Below, piece by piece: positions 8,835 through 18,817 of a DNA stretch of 64,000 nt. Both the position numbers and the translations under genes were made by a program. Source of the DNA: an uncultured Pseudomonadota bacterium (GTDB taxonomy: Bacteria > Pseudomonadota > Gammaproteobacteria > Steroidobacterales > Steroidobacteraceae). Positions within the stretch are counted from its first letter, which is position 1, and each line of letters opens with the position of its first letter. The notes beneath the pieces were generated by a model. The model was not told the origin of the DNA, ran no database searches, and saw only the letters and a list, made by a program, of their open reading frames with translations. Where the stretch lies: contig CAIVRI010000038.1 of assembly GCA_903908265.1 (NCBI GenBank), positions 28,053-92,052 on the forward strand, read 5' to 3'.

Positions 8835-10085
8835 ATGGCTAATAAATTCACGATGGTCGTTGTGGGCGCGCTGGTTGCTGGCATCGCGGCCGGCTCAGCC
8901 ATTCATGCCTATGTGCCGGACGAGGCGCTGCGCCAGTCCTTGGCGGGCTATTGCCAGATCGGTACGGACCTGTTTTTGCGCCTGATAAAAATGATCATCG
9001 CTCCGCTTGTGCTGTCGACTCTTACGGTAGGTATCGCACACATGGGCGACCCGGCGCGCCTGGGCCGTGTCGGTGTGCGGACACTGGCGTGGTTCATCTT
9101 GGCTTCACTTATCTCGCTCGCGCTCGGCCTTTTCATGGTGACTTGGATTGCGCCGGGGGTTGGAGCTGGGTTTGCGCTGCCGGTGCAAGGTGCGGGCAGT
9201 GCGGTGACCGTTGCGGCGATTACGCTAAAAGATTTCGTCACGCATCTCGTGCCCAAGTCGATCGTCGAGGCGATGGCGGGTAATGAGATCTTGCAGATCG
9301 TCGTGTTCTCGCTGTTTCTGGGAACGGCTTTGGCAGCGCTGGGTGAGCGCGTGAGTCGTTTAGTCGGTTTGCTCGATGATTTGGCTCACGCCATGCTCAA
9401 AATGACCAGTTACGTCATGCTGTTCGCGCCCGTGGCGGTATTTGCGGCTATTACGGCGGTTGTGGCACAGCATGGTTTCGGCGTCCTAGCGACTTACGGC
9501 CGATTTGTCGGTGGCTTCTACCTGTCCTTGTTGGTGCTGTGGACCGTGTTGCTGTTGCTTGGTGCCATGGTATTGGGTCGGCGGGCTTTCAAACTGGTGC
9601 CGCTGTTACGAGAGCCGGTGCTGTTGGCGTTTTCTACTGCTAGTTCGGAGGCCGCTTATCCGAAGACTTTAGAACAGTTGTCGCGCTTTGGTGTATCGGA
9701 TCGGATTGCGAGTTTTGTTTTGCCGCTTGGGTATTCCTTCAACCTTGATGGTTCGATGATGTACTGCACGTTCGCGACGATGTTCATCGCGCAGGCATAT
9801 GGCATTTCGCTGACGCTGTCGCAGCAGGTGACGATGTTGTTATTGCTAATGGTCACGAGCAAGGGCATGGCGGGCGTGCCGCGGGCCTCACTGGTCGTGA
9901 TTGCTGCCACGTTGACCCATTTCGGGATCCCTGAGGCGGGGCTCGTGCTGATCCTCGCGGTAGATCAGTTCCTTGATATGGGACGCAGCGCGACCAATGT
10001 GATCGGCAATTCGGTGGCGACGGCCGTCGTCGCGGCCTTTGAGGGCGAACTGAAGACGCCAGCGGCAATGCAGCGATCGGACTGA
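8835..10085 (+). CDS. Dicarboxylate/amino acid:cation symporter (DAACS family, DctA/GltP-like)
   Basis: The ATG at 8835 is preceded by GAGG. The product is a polytopic membrane protein with the family block LIKMIIAPLVLSTLTVGIA and further blocks SSEAAYP and VTSKGMAGVPRASLV. Confidence 0.88.
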   Translation: MANKFTMVVVGALVAGIAAGSAIHAYVPDEALRQSLAGYCQIGTDLFLRLIKMIIAPLVLSTLTVGIAHMGDPARLGRVGVRTLAWFILASLISLALGLFMVTWIAPGVGAGFALPVQGAGSAVTVAAITLKDFVTHLVPKSIVEAMAGNEILQIVVFSLFLGTALAALGERVSRLVGLLDDLAHAMLKMTSYVMLFAPVAVFAAITAVVAQHGFGVLATYGRFVGGFYLSLLVLWTVLLLLGAMVLGRRAFKLVPLLREPVLLAFSTASSEAAYPKTLEQLSRFGVSDRIASFVLPLGYSFNLDGSMMYCTFATMFIAQAYGISLTLSQQVTMLLLLMVTSKGMAGVPRASLVVIAATLTHFGIPEAGLVLILAVDQFLDMGRSATNVIGNSVATAVVAAFEGELKTPAAMQRSD

Positions 10086-10089
10086 GCCT

Positions 10090-10998
10090 TTAGTCCAGCG
10101 CGATTTCGGTGGTGAAGACGATGCGCGCGGTGCCGCTGATGACGATCTGCGTCGGTTTCCCGTCGGTCACCGATACTTCGATGTCGACGATGCCCGGGCG
10201 TTGCATGCTCGTGCCCTGATAGCCTTTCAGGCGTGCTTTGCCGTCCATCACTGGCAGCAGGCCGTGGGTCACGAGATAGGCGCCGAGCATGCCGTGTGCG
10301 TTGCCGCTGACTGGGTCTTCGGCAATGCCGAGCACCGGTGAAAACAGCCGTGCCTCAAACGTGCCCGGACCGTGGGCGTCCCGAACAAACAAGAGGTAGC
10401 CGTCGGCGCCAACGTGTGGGGTGAGGCGCTTCAGTGCCTCCAGATCCGGCTCGATCGCGGCGAGCATTTCGGTCGAGCGCAGCCCCATCATGAGTCGCGT
10501 CGTGGCGCGTTTGGTCACGAGAATGGGGCATTTAGGATCGATTGCGGCGGTTTCGATGCCAAAAATATCGAGCAACTGCCCTTTCTGCTCGGCAGATAGC
10601 GGCGGTAGGCAGTTCGGTGGCGCGACCGTCACGGCGACGTGCGGATTGTCAGGCGTGCCTGCAACGGTAATGGACTGAATGCCGGAGCGTGATTTTTGAC
10701 GCAGCGTGCCGGTGGTGCCCAGGCCGGCAGCCAAGCGGGCGACGTGGGCGGCGACGGTCGCATGGCCTACAAAGCCGACTTCGCTCTTGGGCGTAAAGAA
10801 ACGCAGGATCACGTCGTGGTCGTCACCATCCGCTGGCAATACGAACGCGGAATCCGAGTTGTTCAGTTCCCGCGCGAGGGCCTGCATCTCAGCTTCGTCG
10901 AGGACCTCAGCACCGAGCACCACGCCGGCTGGATTACCGGTAAAACGGGTGTCTGTAAAAGCGTCGACCTGATAAACCTTGACCGAGCGTCGGGCCAT
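10090..10998 (-). CDS. PhzF-family isomerase-like protein
   Basis: 302 aa with the N-terminal block VYQVDAFTDTRFTGNPAGVVL typical of the PhzF/YddE family, and a C-terminal EDPVSGNAHG block. Confidence 0.85.
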   Translation of the reverse strand: MARRSVKVYQVDAFTDTRFTGNPAGVVLGAEVLDEAEMQALARELNNSDSAFVLPADGDDHDVILRFFTPKSEVGFVGHATVAAHVARLAAGLGTTGTLRQKSRSGIQSITVAGTPDNPHVAVTVAPPNCLPPLSAEQKGQLLDIFGIETAAIDPKCPILVTKRATTRLMMGLRSTEMLAAIEPDLEALKRLTPHVGADGYLLFVRDAHGPGTFEARLFSPVLGIAEDPVSGNAHGMLGAYLVTHGLLPVMDGKARLKGYQGTSMQRPGIVDIEVSVTDGKPTQIVISGTARIVFTTEIALD

Positions 10999-11073
10999 GG
11001 GGCAAAACCTCGCAATGAATAAGCATCTATCCTACCAGTCCCTGCCCGGTGCGGGGTGTGACCTCATGGGGGT

Positions 11074-11679
11074 GTGCTTGTGACGATGGCTGACGGTTGG
11101 GCCGCTGTAGCGGCCTTATTCGCGGGAGGCTCGCTCTTGGAAGCGTGCGGCGCGGCCTTTGGCCTCGTTTACGTGATTCTTGCGGTACGCGAGTCGCGCT
11201 GGTGCTGGCTGTACGCTTTCGCCAGTACGGCGCTGTATTTTGGCGTGTTTGCGCAGGCTCGGCTCTATATGCAGGCGGGCTTGCAGCTCTATTTTTTGGC
11301 TGTCGCCGCGTACGGATGGGTCGCTTGGAAGGGCGACAAGGGCAACCGGCCGGTCGTGCTGGGTCGGCTAGGTACCAACGTGGCAGCGCTCGCCGGCCTG
11401 TGGGTTTTGGCGGAGGGTTCGGCGCGGTTGCTGGCCGTAGAAACCCATTCTGCCGCTCCGCTGCTTGATGCGCTGAGCACTTGGGCCAGTGTGTATGCCA
11501 CCGGGCTGCAGGCACGCAAATACCGCGAGAACTGGCTCTGGTGGATCGTTATTGACCTGCTGATCGCGGGATTGTGCCTGCGGCAGGGTCTGTACCTGAC
11601 GACCCTGCTGTATGGGGTGTTCGTTGGTCTGGCGGTGCTCGGGTGGCGCAGTTGGCGGCCTATACAGGCGGCTGCCTGA
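11074..11679 (+). CDS. pnuC: Pnu-family vitamin/nucleoside transporter (PnuC-like)
   Basis: About 200-aa multi-TM protein with PnuC-like Trp-rich blocks (AAYGWVAWKG, NWLWWIVIDL). The start is GTG 11074 or ATG 11086. Confidence 0.8.
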   Translation: MLVTMADGWAAVAALFAGGSLLEACGAAFGLVYVILAVRESRWCWLYAFASTALYFGVFAQARLYMQAGLQLYFLAVAAYGWVAWKGDKGNRPVVLGRLGTNVAALAGLWVLAEGSARLLAVETHSAAPLLDALSTWASVYATGLQARKYRENWLWWIVIDLLIAGLCLRQGLYLTTLLYGVFVGLAVLGWRSWRPIQAAA

Positions 11680-12515
11680 TGTCGGCGGGGCAGGTTGAGG
11701 CCGTGCTTGCCCGCTTTGCGGCCGGTCGGCGTGTACTGGAGGACGGTTTTTCCGTGCGCGTAGTACAGGCGGGGCCTGTCAATGCGCTGGTTCGGATCGT
11801 GGGCGCACGGGTCGACTGGGCGGTGCGCGTGGCCGGCGCAGGGGATGACGTACTGGTCGTGAGTCGGGTGGGTGAACGGGATGCCCAAACGGCCGCGGCG
11901 CGACTTGGATTTGCGCCCGCCGTGGTGTACGCGGACCCGGCGAATGGGGTGTTGGTATCGACATGGATTGACGCGCCGGTAGCAGCAGCCGGATTGTTCG
12001 TGCACCCAGAGGGGCTGGCGCGCGTTGCGCAGCGGGTGCGTGCCCTGCATGCCTCGCCGCCGCCGGTGGGGTTGCGTGTGGTGGATGCGCAGGCTGTTGC
12101 GCGCAATTATCTGGGACTCCCGGCAGCCGGCGGCGGGCCGGTACCACGGCATCGCTTGGAAAAAGCGCTGGCGCACGCGCACGCGCGACGCCGGTCCCCG
12201 TTGGCGGTGTTCTGCCACAACGATTTGCATCAACAGAACGTGCTGGATGCCGGCCAATTGTGGTTTATCGACTGGGAATACGCCGGTCTTGGTGACCCTT
12301 TGTTTGAATTGGCGGGTATTGCCGGTTATCACGATTTGCGCCCGGGCCAAGTGGAGGCGCTCGTATCAGCTTATGGGGGGGTGACCGCGGCCGAACTGGC
12401 GCCCTGGCAAGTGCTCTTTGACGTGGTGCATGCGCTCTGGCTGGACGTGGCAGGCGCCTGGGATACCCTGGCGCTGGCCCGCCGTGAGGCCTTGGTGGCA
12501 CGGCTGTGCTTCTGA
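11679..12515 (+). CDS. APH/choline-kinase-family phosphotransferase (ThiK-like small-molecule kinase)
   Basis: Catalytic loop FCHNDLHQQNVL and the ChoK/APH motif FIDWEYAGLGDPLFELA. The ATG at 11679 shares a base with the pnuC stop (TGATG). The upstream part of the 313-aa ORF lies inside pnuC. Confidence 0.8.
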   Translation: MSAGQVEAVLARFAAGRRVLEDGFSVRVVQAGPVNALVRIVGARVDWAVRVAGAGDDVLVVSRVGERDAQTAAARLGFAPAVVYADPANGVLVSTWIDAPVAAAGLFVHPEGLARVAQRVRALHASPPPVGLRVVDAQAVARNYLGLPAAGGGPVPRHRLEKALAHAHARRRSPLAVFCHNDLHQQNVLDAGQLWFIDWEYAGLGDPLFELAGIAGYHDLRPGQVEALVSAYGGVTAAELAPWQVLFDVVHALWLDVAGAWDTLALARREALVARLCF

Positions 12516-12614
12516 CCGGGGCTTCACCCGACTGGTCGTTTTCAGCCTAGGCCGTTACCATGCGCGCGCCGGCGCAGATGACCGGTGCGTCTACATGATT
12601 GGGGAGAGGGTGGC

Positions 12615-12929
12615 ATGGCTGAGATGGTGGTCACGGATCGTTCGGGTAAAGAGCACCGGGTAACCGGCCGGGTAGGCACCTCCTTGATGGAGAACCTGCG
12701 AGACGCGGACTTAGATGTCGCCGCGATTTGTGGCGGGATGTGTTCGTGTGCGACGTGCCACGTGTACATCGATGAGGAGTGGGCGGGCAAGTTGCCGATC
12801 GCGCAGGGTGATGAGGTCGAACTGCTGCGCGAGCTGGTCAGTTTTAAGCCGAACTCTCGTCTGTCGTGCCAAGTGCCGTTTACCGAAGCGCTAGATGGCC
12901 TCAAGGTCAAGGTTGCGCCGGACGAATAA
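12615..12929 (+). CDS. 2Fe-2S ferredoxin (adrenodoxin/putidaredoxin type)
   Basis: 104 aa from the ATG at 12615, which is preceded by GGGGAGAGGG. Cluster ligands are CGGMCSCATCHV...LSCQV. Confidence 0.85.
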   Translation: MAEMVVTDRSGKEHRVTGRVGTSLMENLRDADLDVAAICGGMCSCATCHVYIDEEWAGKLPIAQGDEVELLRELVSFKPNSRLSCQVPFTEALDGLKVKVAPDE

Positions 12930-12945
12930 GCGCGCAGCTGCACTT

Positions 12946-12977
12946 CGGCACTGCCGCACGGTTGTGAGGCAGTGCCG
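12946..12977. terminator. Hairpin between the convergent ferredoxin and gpmA genes (possible bidirectional terminator)
   Basis: Perfect 10-bp stem CGGCACTGCC (12946-12955) with GGCAGTGCCG (12968-12977) and a 12-nt loop. There is no clear U-tract on either side. Confidence 0.55.
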
Positions 12978-12990
12978 GCCGATCGCCCTG

Positions 12991-13749
12991 TTACTTCCGC
13001 TGTGTCTGTTGCGCAACGGCCTGAGCCGCAGCCGCAATGGCCGCGGGGTCGCCCAAGAACCGGCGGCCCCGGGACCTTAGATCCGGCGCTAGGTCATAAA
13101 CGATCGGCACGCCGGTAGGGATGTTGAATTCCAGAATTTCAGCTTCGCTCATCCCATCAAGCATCTTCACCATGGCCCGCAGACTGTTGCCATGGGCAAA
13201 AATCAGAACGCTGCGACCTGCCAGCAGCGTCGGTGCGATGCGATCGGTCCATAACGGCACAACGCGTGCGAGCGTATCTTTCAGCGATTCTGTAGCCGGT
13301 AAGAGCGCTGGATCCAAATCGCGATAGCGACGGTCGGCGCGCGGGTGACCCGGATCATCGAACGCTAACGCCGGTGGCGGGACGTCGTAGCTGCGCCGCC
13401 AAATTTTGACTTGCTCTGCGCCATGTTTGGCGACTGTCTCGGCCTTGTCGAGCCCCTGCAGCGCGCCGTAATGGCGCTCATTGAGTCTCCATGCACGTTC
13501 GACGGGGAGCCAAAGCCGATTCATCACATCCAGTGCCAGATTGGCTGTCCGGATCGCGCGAATCAGCACCGAGGTATAGACCTGGTCGAAATCAATGCCT
13601 TCAGCCGCCAATAATCGCCCCGCCTCAGCAGCTTCCGCGCGGCCCTGCTCGGTTAGGTCGACATCCACCCAACCGGTAAACAAGTTTTTGAGATTCCACT
13701 CGCTCTGCCCATGGCGCACCAGCACCAATGTTCCTACCTTGTCAGCCAC
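12991..13749 (-). CDS. gpmA: 2,3-bisphosphoglycerate-dependent phosphoglycerate mutase
   Basis: [26 protein letters not shown]-terminal catalytic-His motif, ERHYGALQG, and HGNSLRA for the second catalytic His. Confidence 0.95.
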   Translation of the reverse strand: MADKVGTLVLVRHGQSEWNLKNLFTGWVDVDLTEQGRAEAAEAGRLLAAEGIDFDQVYTSVLIRAIRTANLALDVMNRLWLPVERAWRLNERHYGALQGLDKAETVAKHGAEQVKIWRRSYDVPPPALAFDDPGHPRADRRYRDLDPALLPATESLKDTLARVVPLWTDRIAPTLLAGRSVLIFAHGNSLRAMVKMLDGMSEAEILEFNIPTGVPIVYDLAPDLRSRGRRFLGDPAAIAAAAQAVAQQTQRK

Positions 13750-13818
13750 TGCATGTCCTCCAATGTTTGCGCGTCCGCAAAGTAGCCGTCGCGCCTGCGG
13801 TAGTCAAACCTCGCAGCT

Positions 13819-16800
13819 TCAAATGCCAGCAAGTCGACGCAGCGACTGCAGTGCGACCGAAAGGGTGGGGAAGTCCATGCTGCCAGCGGCCTGTATGTCG
13901 CTAGCAATGCCACGAAAGTGATCGACGCCGCGCTGGTGTGCACTCAACCAGCCGAGGGTGAGGCGGATTGGATCCTTTTTGCCCTTGCTCGTCAGTGCAT
14001 TTTCGCTGAGCGCCCGATGTAGCCGGAACAGGTCTTCACGCAGTGACCCGCGCGCCACCGACTGCCAGTGGCTCTGTGTGGTGAGCGCACTAATAGCCGC
14101 TCCCAAATTATCGAGGCCGAGCTCTGCAGCCATGGTCAGGTGGATGCGCGCCACGCTCTCCAAGGGGCGCTTAAATTTTGTAGAGAGTTCGACTACGTCG
14201 AATGCGCCAGGCAAGAGCTCCAACTGAGCGATGGCATCCGCTAACAGCTCCGGTACACCGGCGCTGCACAGACGTGTGCGAATCGTGTTGATGCGAGCGG
14301 CGATGCCGCCACTGAGCAGATCTGGCGTAAGAGCGGCTAAGCCAGTCAGGCTCGGCCGCAGTGCCGCAACATTTGCGTCGACCGCTAGCGAGCGTCGGTG
14401 GGCTAAGACCCAATGGGTGGCTAATTCAAGAGCACGGGTAGTGGCGTTGGCCATTTCAATCTGTACCGCGGCAGGGACCCGGTTATCGAGTGCTTCGATC
14501 GCAGACCAAATGTCGCGCATGGCCAGCGCCTCTCGAGCGATCGCGTAGGCGCGCACGATTGCACCGACCGTAGCGCCGGTGTCTTCGGCCGCACGCATGG
14601 TGAAGACTGGTCCCATGCGGTTGATCACACTGTTGGTCGTGGCGGTGGCGATAATTTCCCGGCGCAGTGGATGGGCGCGCATCAAGTCCTGGTAACTGGC
14701 ATCGAGCTGCGGTGGGAAATAGCGTTCGAGTTCATTGGAAAGATACGGATCTTCCGGGACATCTGATTCCATGATCTGCTGGTATAGCCAAATCTTGGAG
14801 TAACTCAGAAGAATGGCAAGCTCGGGCCTCACCAAGCCGCGACTACGGTGGCTGCGCTCTAATACTGCTGCGTCGCTCGGCAAAAATTCGATGCTACGAT
14901 TGAGGTCTACGGCCCGCTCTAGCACGGCGATAGCGTGTAAATGCTCGCCCGCGTCATCGGCTGAACGCGCTTCGAGTGCGCTCAAGGCTTGCGCCTGTAG
15001 GTAGTTATTTCGCAGCACGAGGCCGGCGACGGAGTCGGTCATCTGCGCGAGCAGCTTGTCGCGCGGTGCTCGCTTCAGCCCACGGCGGTCCGCCGCCAAG
15101 CGTAAAAGAATCTTAATATTGACCTCGAGGTCAGAACAGTTCACGCCGCCAGAATTATCAATAAAGTCTGTGTTGATGCGGCCGCCGCCAAGCGCGTACT
15201 CGACCCTTCCGAGTTGCGAAAAACCTAAATTACCGCCCTCGCCGACGACCCGGCACCGCAAGTCACGTCCATCAATACGAACGGCGTCGTTGGCACGGTC
15301 ACCGACGTCGGTATGTGTCTCATGCGACGCCTTCACATAGGTGCCGATCCCGCCATTCCACAGTAGGTCGACGTTCAATCGCAATATTGCCCGAATTACG
15401 TCATTGGGCGGCGCACTGGCAGACTCAATACCGAGCAAACGCTGGGCTTCGGCAGACAGAGCAACCGATTTCGCACTGCGCGGGTGTACGCCGCCACCTT
15501 TAGAGATTGCTCTCTTGTCGTAATCCGACCAACTAGAGCGGGGCAGTGAAAATAAGCGGGTTCGCTCCCGGAAGGACCGTGTGGGATCGGGCGTGGGATC
15601 GATGAAGATGTGTTGGTGGTTGAAAGCCGCCACGAGACGGGCGTGCTTCGAGCGCAGTAACCCGTTGCCAAAAACATCGCCGGACATATCGCCGATGCCA
15701 GCCACGGTAAAGAGTTGCGACTGCAAATCAACACCGAGTTCTCGGAAATGCCGCTTCACACACTCCCACGCGCCACGAGACGTGATGGCGATCCTCTTAT
15801 GATCGTAGCCGGCCGAGCCACCGGACGCGAATGCATCGCCTAACCAGAAACCGCGCTGCTCGGCTATGGCGTTGGCTACGTCAGAAAAGGAAGCAGTTCC
15901 CTTATCCGCGGCAACGACCAAGTAGGTATCGTCCTCGTCTTCGCGCACCGTATCCGGGGGTGGTGCAGTACGGCCTGCAACGATGTTGTCCGTCAGGTCG
16001 AGTAGCGAATGGATGAATGTTTGGTAACAGGCCACCACTTCGCGTGCCTGCGCATCCCGCGATGTCGGGAGACGACGACAGACGAAGCCCCCTTTTGCGC
16101 CGACTGGGACGATGACCGTATTTTTGACGTTCTGCGCCTTCATAAGGCCGAGAATCTCAGTGCGAAAATCTTCATACCGATCGGACCACCGGATCCCGCC
16201 CCGGGCTACCCGTCCCTTACGCAGGTGTAGGCCCTCCATGCGCACCGAGTGCGTCCAGATTTCGTATAGCGGATGTGGCTGGGGAACCCCCACCACCCGA
16301 GCAGGTGCGATCTTTACCGACAGATAGGGCTTGGGATTTCCGTCGGCGGCGCGCTGAAAGTAGTTGGTGCGTAGCGTTGCATCGATCGCGGCGCGGAATG
16401 TGCGCAATATGCGGTCTTCGTCGAGACGCTGCACCGTGGCTAATGCGCCGTCGAGTTCCCGACCTAAGCGGGTGGTGGCGGCACGTCGGACTTGTGCAGT
16501 CAATGTCGGATCGAAACGAGTTAAGAACAGACGCGCGAGTCGACTTGCGGTTTTGGCGTTTTGTAACAGAACCGTCTCGACATAGCTCTGGCTAAACGGA
16601 ATGCCGGTTTGCAGAAGCCAACGACAGTAGGCCCGTAAAATACCCACCTCGCGCCAATGCAAGCTCGCCGCAATTACTAGTCGATTGAACCCGTCATTTT
16701 CGGTTGACTCGTTCCAAACGGCTTCTACCGCAGCCACGATTCGCGGCCCGTCCTCGGTCACGTCGATGGGCGTATTGAGGCGTGACTCCAAATCCAGGTC

Positions 16801-18624
16801 TTTGACTTGCAGCTGATCGCCGCGCGCACGGGAGATCGTATAGGGCCGCTCGCTGAGTAATCGCAGGCCCAAGTTTTCGAAAGTCGGTAGCAGATCGGAG
16901 ATGGCCTGTGGCTCGCCGGCGCAATAGAGACGTAAGTTCACCCGATTGGCTGGTGCCTCTGAGCGTCGGTATAGGCGCAGTGTGGGGGCGGCGCCTACTA
17001 GTGCTTCTAGGCGTCCGATGTCTGCTGCCGCGTCGATTGCGCTCGTGTCCTCGCGATAGGCCGCGGGTAGCCCGCGCGCGTATTCGGCCACTAGACTCAG
17101 CGCCTTCACGTCGGTGTTGCGGGCAGTGAGTGCTTCGCGTAGCGCGTCGTCCCAAGTCAACACCGCGGCGCGGATGCGCGCTTCGAGTGTGGCCGCATCT
17201 CCGCCACGGGCGGGACGTGCTGTTCGAATGTTCAATTGGAGTCGGGCCAGGGTCGACTCAGACAGTTGCACGGTCGATTCGACGGCGTCCCCGTCCAATA
17301 CTTCCATGGCGATCGATTCGATACGACGCCGAACTTCGGTGCTGTAGTGATCTCTGGGCACATAGATCAGGCAGGACCAATAACGATGAAAGGTGTCCCG
17401 ACGCAGAAAGGCACGCACGATCTGTCGATCGTAGAGATTGACGATGCCCTGAATCGTTACTTTTAGATCTTCAGCTGAAGCTTGAAATAATTCGTCACGA
17501 GGAAAACTGTCGATTGCATGGACCAGCGCTTTGGCATCGTGACTAGATGGCGGCAGTCCGAAATAATTAATTACTGCAGCAATTTTCTGCCGTAGTAGGG
17601 GGATTTCCCGGGGTGGTGTGCTGTAAGTGCCGGCGGTCCAGAGACCTAAAAAGCGATGCTCTCCAGTGACGCGATGGCGCGCATCATAGGTCTTCAAACT
17701 CACATAATCGAGGCGGGTGGCGCGATGCACCGTGGCCAACGTATTGGTTTTTGTGATCGTGATTGGTTGCATGTCACGGGCACGTTCACGCGCCACGGAA
17801 GTTAATTTGCGCTCGCTCGTTTTCTTGCTCTGTCGGCTACTGCGCAAAATCCCTAGTCCGGAGGCCATGTCTGCTACGAGGCGATCCGTTCTTGCACCGC
17901 GTTCTAGCCGGTAATAGCGAGCGCCCAAAAAAGTAAAATGGTTGTCTGCCATCCATTCAAGAAGCGCCGCTATCTCGGCACGGTCGGCCGAGGGTACCGG
18001 CAGCGGTGCCCCTTCCGTTGACGCGGCAAGTGCCAGTGCTCGCTGTCGCATGGCAGGCCAATCAGCCACAGCGACTTGAACGTCCTCCAGCGCACCGTGG
18101 ATGCGGGTTTCCAGATCCGCTAGACGGGCTGGGTCCTCGATTCTGTCCATTTCTAGCCATTGCCAGGACTCCATGCGCACAGACTTGGTGCCTGGTTCTC
18201 CGAGTGCGAGCAATCGACTGCGGCTGCGAGACACCGCAAGTACAGGATGAACAATCAGGCGCACGGCAAGACCGGATTGGTTTACTGCCATGCAGACCGA
18301 GTCCACGAGAAAGGGCATGTCGTCGCAGACGATCATGGCCACGGTGTGGGGGGTACGGACCCCATCGACGGTCGGGTCCGGGTTGAATACCCGTACCAAC
18401 GGCTGCCGACCTCGGCGCACCAAGCCGTAGGCGAGGTGGCTCAAGGCCATCGCGGCCAAGGTAGCCAGATCGAGGGCTGCTAGGTCGTTATCGGGCGTGC
18501 CCTTGAAATAGGCCCGAATGAAATCCGCAACCAGTTTGCGGGCGCTCTTGGGTGCGCCGGCACTGGCAAGGCGTGCGACGTCGTCTACGATTTTGAGGCG
18601 AAGGGCGGGGATTGGGCCGAGCAT
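13819..18624 (-). CDS. gdhB: Large NAD-specific glutamate dehydrogenase (about 180 kDa bacterial GDH class)
   Basis: A single 1601-aa ORF. The central catalytic region has GDH-like blocks (GGIRWSDR, MKAQNVKNTVIVPVGAKGGFV, VAADKGTA, GIGDMSGDVFGNG). The size and long flanking helical regions match the large NAD-GDH family. Confidence 0.9.
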   Translation of the reverse strand: MLGPIPALRLKIVDDVARLASAGAPKSARKLVADFIRAYFKGTPDNDLAALDLATLAAMALSHLAYGLVRRGRQPLVRVFNPDPTVDGVRTPHTVAMIVCDDMPFLVDSVCMAVNQSGLAVRLIVHPVLAVSRSRSRLLALGEPGTKSVRMESWQWLEMDRIEDPARLADLETRIHGALEDVQVAVADWPAMRQRALALAASTEGAPLPVPSADRAEIAALLEWMADNHFTFLGARYYRLERGARTDRLVADMASGLGILRSSRQSKKTSERKLTSVARERARDMQPITITKTNTLATVHRATRLDYVSLKTYDARHRVTGEHRFLGLWTAGTYSTPPREIPLLRQKIAAVINYFGLPPSSHDAKALVHAIDSFPRDELFQASAEDLKVTIQGIVNLYDRQIVRAFLRRDTFHRYWSCLIYVPRDHYSTEVRRRIESIAMEVLDGDAVESTVQLSESTLARLQLNIRTARPARGGDAATLEARIRAAVLTWDDALREALTARNTDVKALSLVAEYARGLPAAYREDTSAIDAAADIGRLEALVGAAPTLRLYRRSEAPANRVNLRLYCAGEPQAISDLLPTFENLGLRLLSERPYTISRARGDQLQVKDLDLESRLNTPIDVTEDGPRIVAAVEAVWNESTENDGFNRLVIAASLHWREVGILRAYCRWLLQTGIPFSQSYVETVLLQNAKTASRLARLFLTRFDPTLTAQVRRAATTRLGRELDGALATVQRLDEDRILRTFRAAIDATLRTNYFQRAADGNPKPYLSVKIAPARVVGVPQPHPLYEIWTHSVRMEGLHLRKGRVARGGIRWSDRYEDFRTEILGLMKAQNVKNTVIVPVGAKGGFVCRRLPTSRDAQAREVVACYQTFIHSLLDLTDNIVAGRTAPPPDTVREDEDDTYLVVAADKGTASFSDVANAIAEQRGFWLGDAFASGGSAGYDHKRIAITSRGAWECVKRHFRELGVDLQSQLFTVAGIGDMSGDVFGNGLLRSKHARLVAAFNHQHIFIDPTPDPTRSFRERTRLFSLPRSSWSDYDKRAISKGGGVHPRSAKSVALSAEAQRLLGIESASAPPNDVIRAILRLNVDLLWNGGIGTYVKASHETHTDVGDRANDAVRIDGRDLRCRVVGEGGNLGFSQLGRVEYALGGGRINTDFIDNSGGVNCSDLEVNIKILLRLAADRRGLKRAPRDKLLAQMTDSVAGLVLRNNYLQAQALSALEARSADDAGEHLHAIAVLERAVDLNRSIEFLPSDAAVLERSHRSRGLVRPELAILLSYSKIWLYQQIMESDVPEDPYLSNELERYFPPQLDASYQDLMRAHPLRREIIATATTNSVINRMGPVFTMRAAEDTGATVGAIVRAYAIAREALAMRDIWSAIEALDNRVPAAVQIEMANATTRALELATHWVLAHRRSLAVDANVAALRPSLTGLAALTPDLLSGGIAARINTIRTRLCSAGVPELLADAIAQLELLPGAFDVVELSTKFKRPLESVARIHLTMAAELGLDNLGAAISALTTQSHWQSVARGSLREDLFRLHRALSENALTSKGKKDPIRLTLGWLSAHQRGVDHFRGIASDIQAAGSMDFPTLSVALQSLRRLAGI

Positions 18625-18817
18625 GGCGTCTCCTGATATCGGACGGCCGCAAGCCGGCCCGAACGTTGGGCGATGTCGTTATTCGATTGGATAATGAGGG
18701 CAAGCCGAGTTTGCAAACGGCGTCGAACACCGGATTGCGCGTCGTGCAAGGGCGGCAGCGAAGGGCGCGGGAATCACGATGTCGCCTATTGTAGTACACA
18801 CTGGGCGGCCGCACCGA

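Noticed and set aside
10999-11073. Possible TPP or NAD-related riboswitch upstream of the Pnu transporter
   Set aside because: The spacer is only 75 nt and lacks the conserved CUGAGA / ACCUGA TPP-box elements. It is too short for a known riboswitch aptamer plus expression platform.
11289-12350. 353-aa ORF on the minus strand spanning the pnuC and kinase genes
   Set aside because: It lies entirely antisense to two CDSs that have clear family motifs. Its translation is Arg/Pro/His/Gly-rich and low in complexity, with no recognisable motif. This is the usual open-antisense-frame artefact of GC-rich DNA.
18625-18817. Promoter guess for the large GDH gene (TTGCAA with a TATCCA/CATTAT-like element on the minus strand)
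   Set aside because: Several equally poor -35/-10 combinations can be drawn. The support is too weak to report as a feature.
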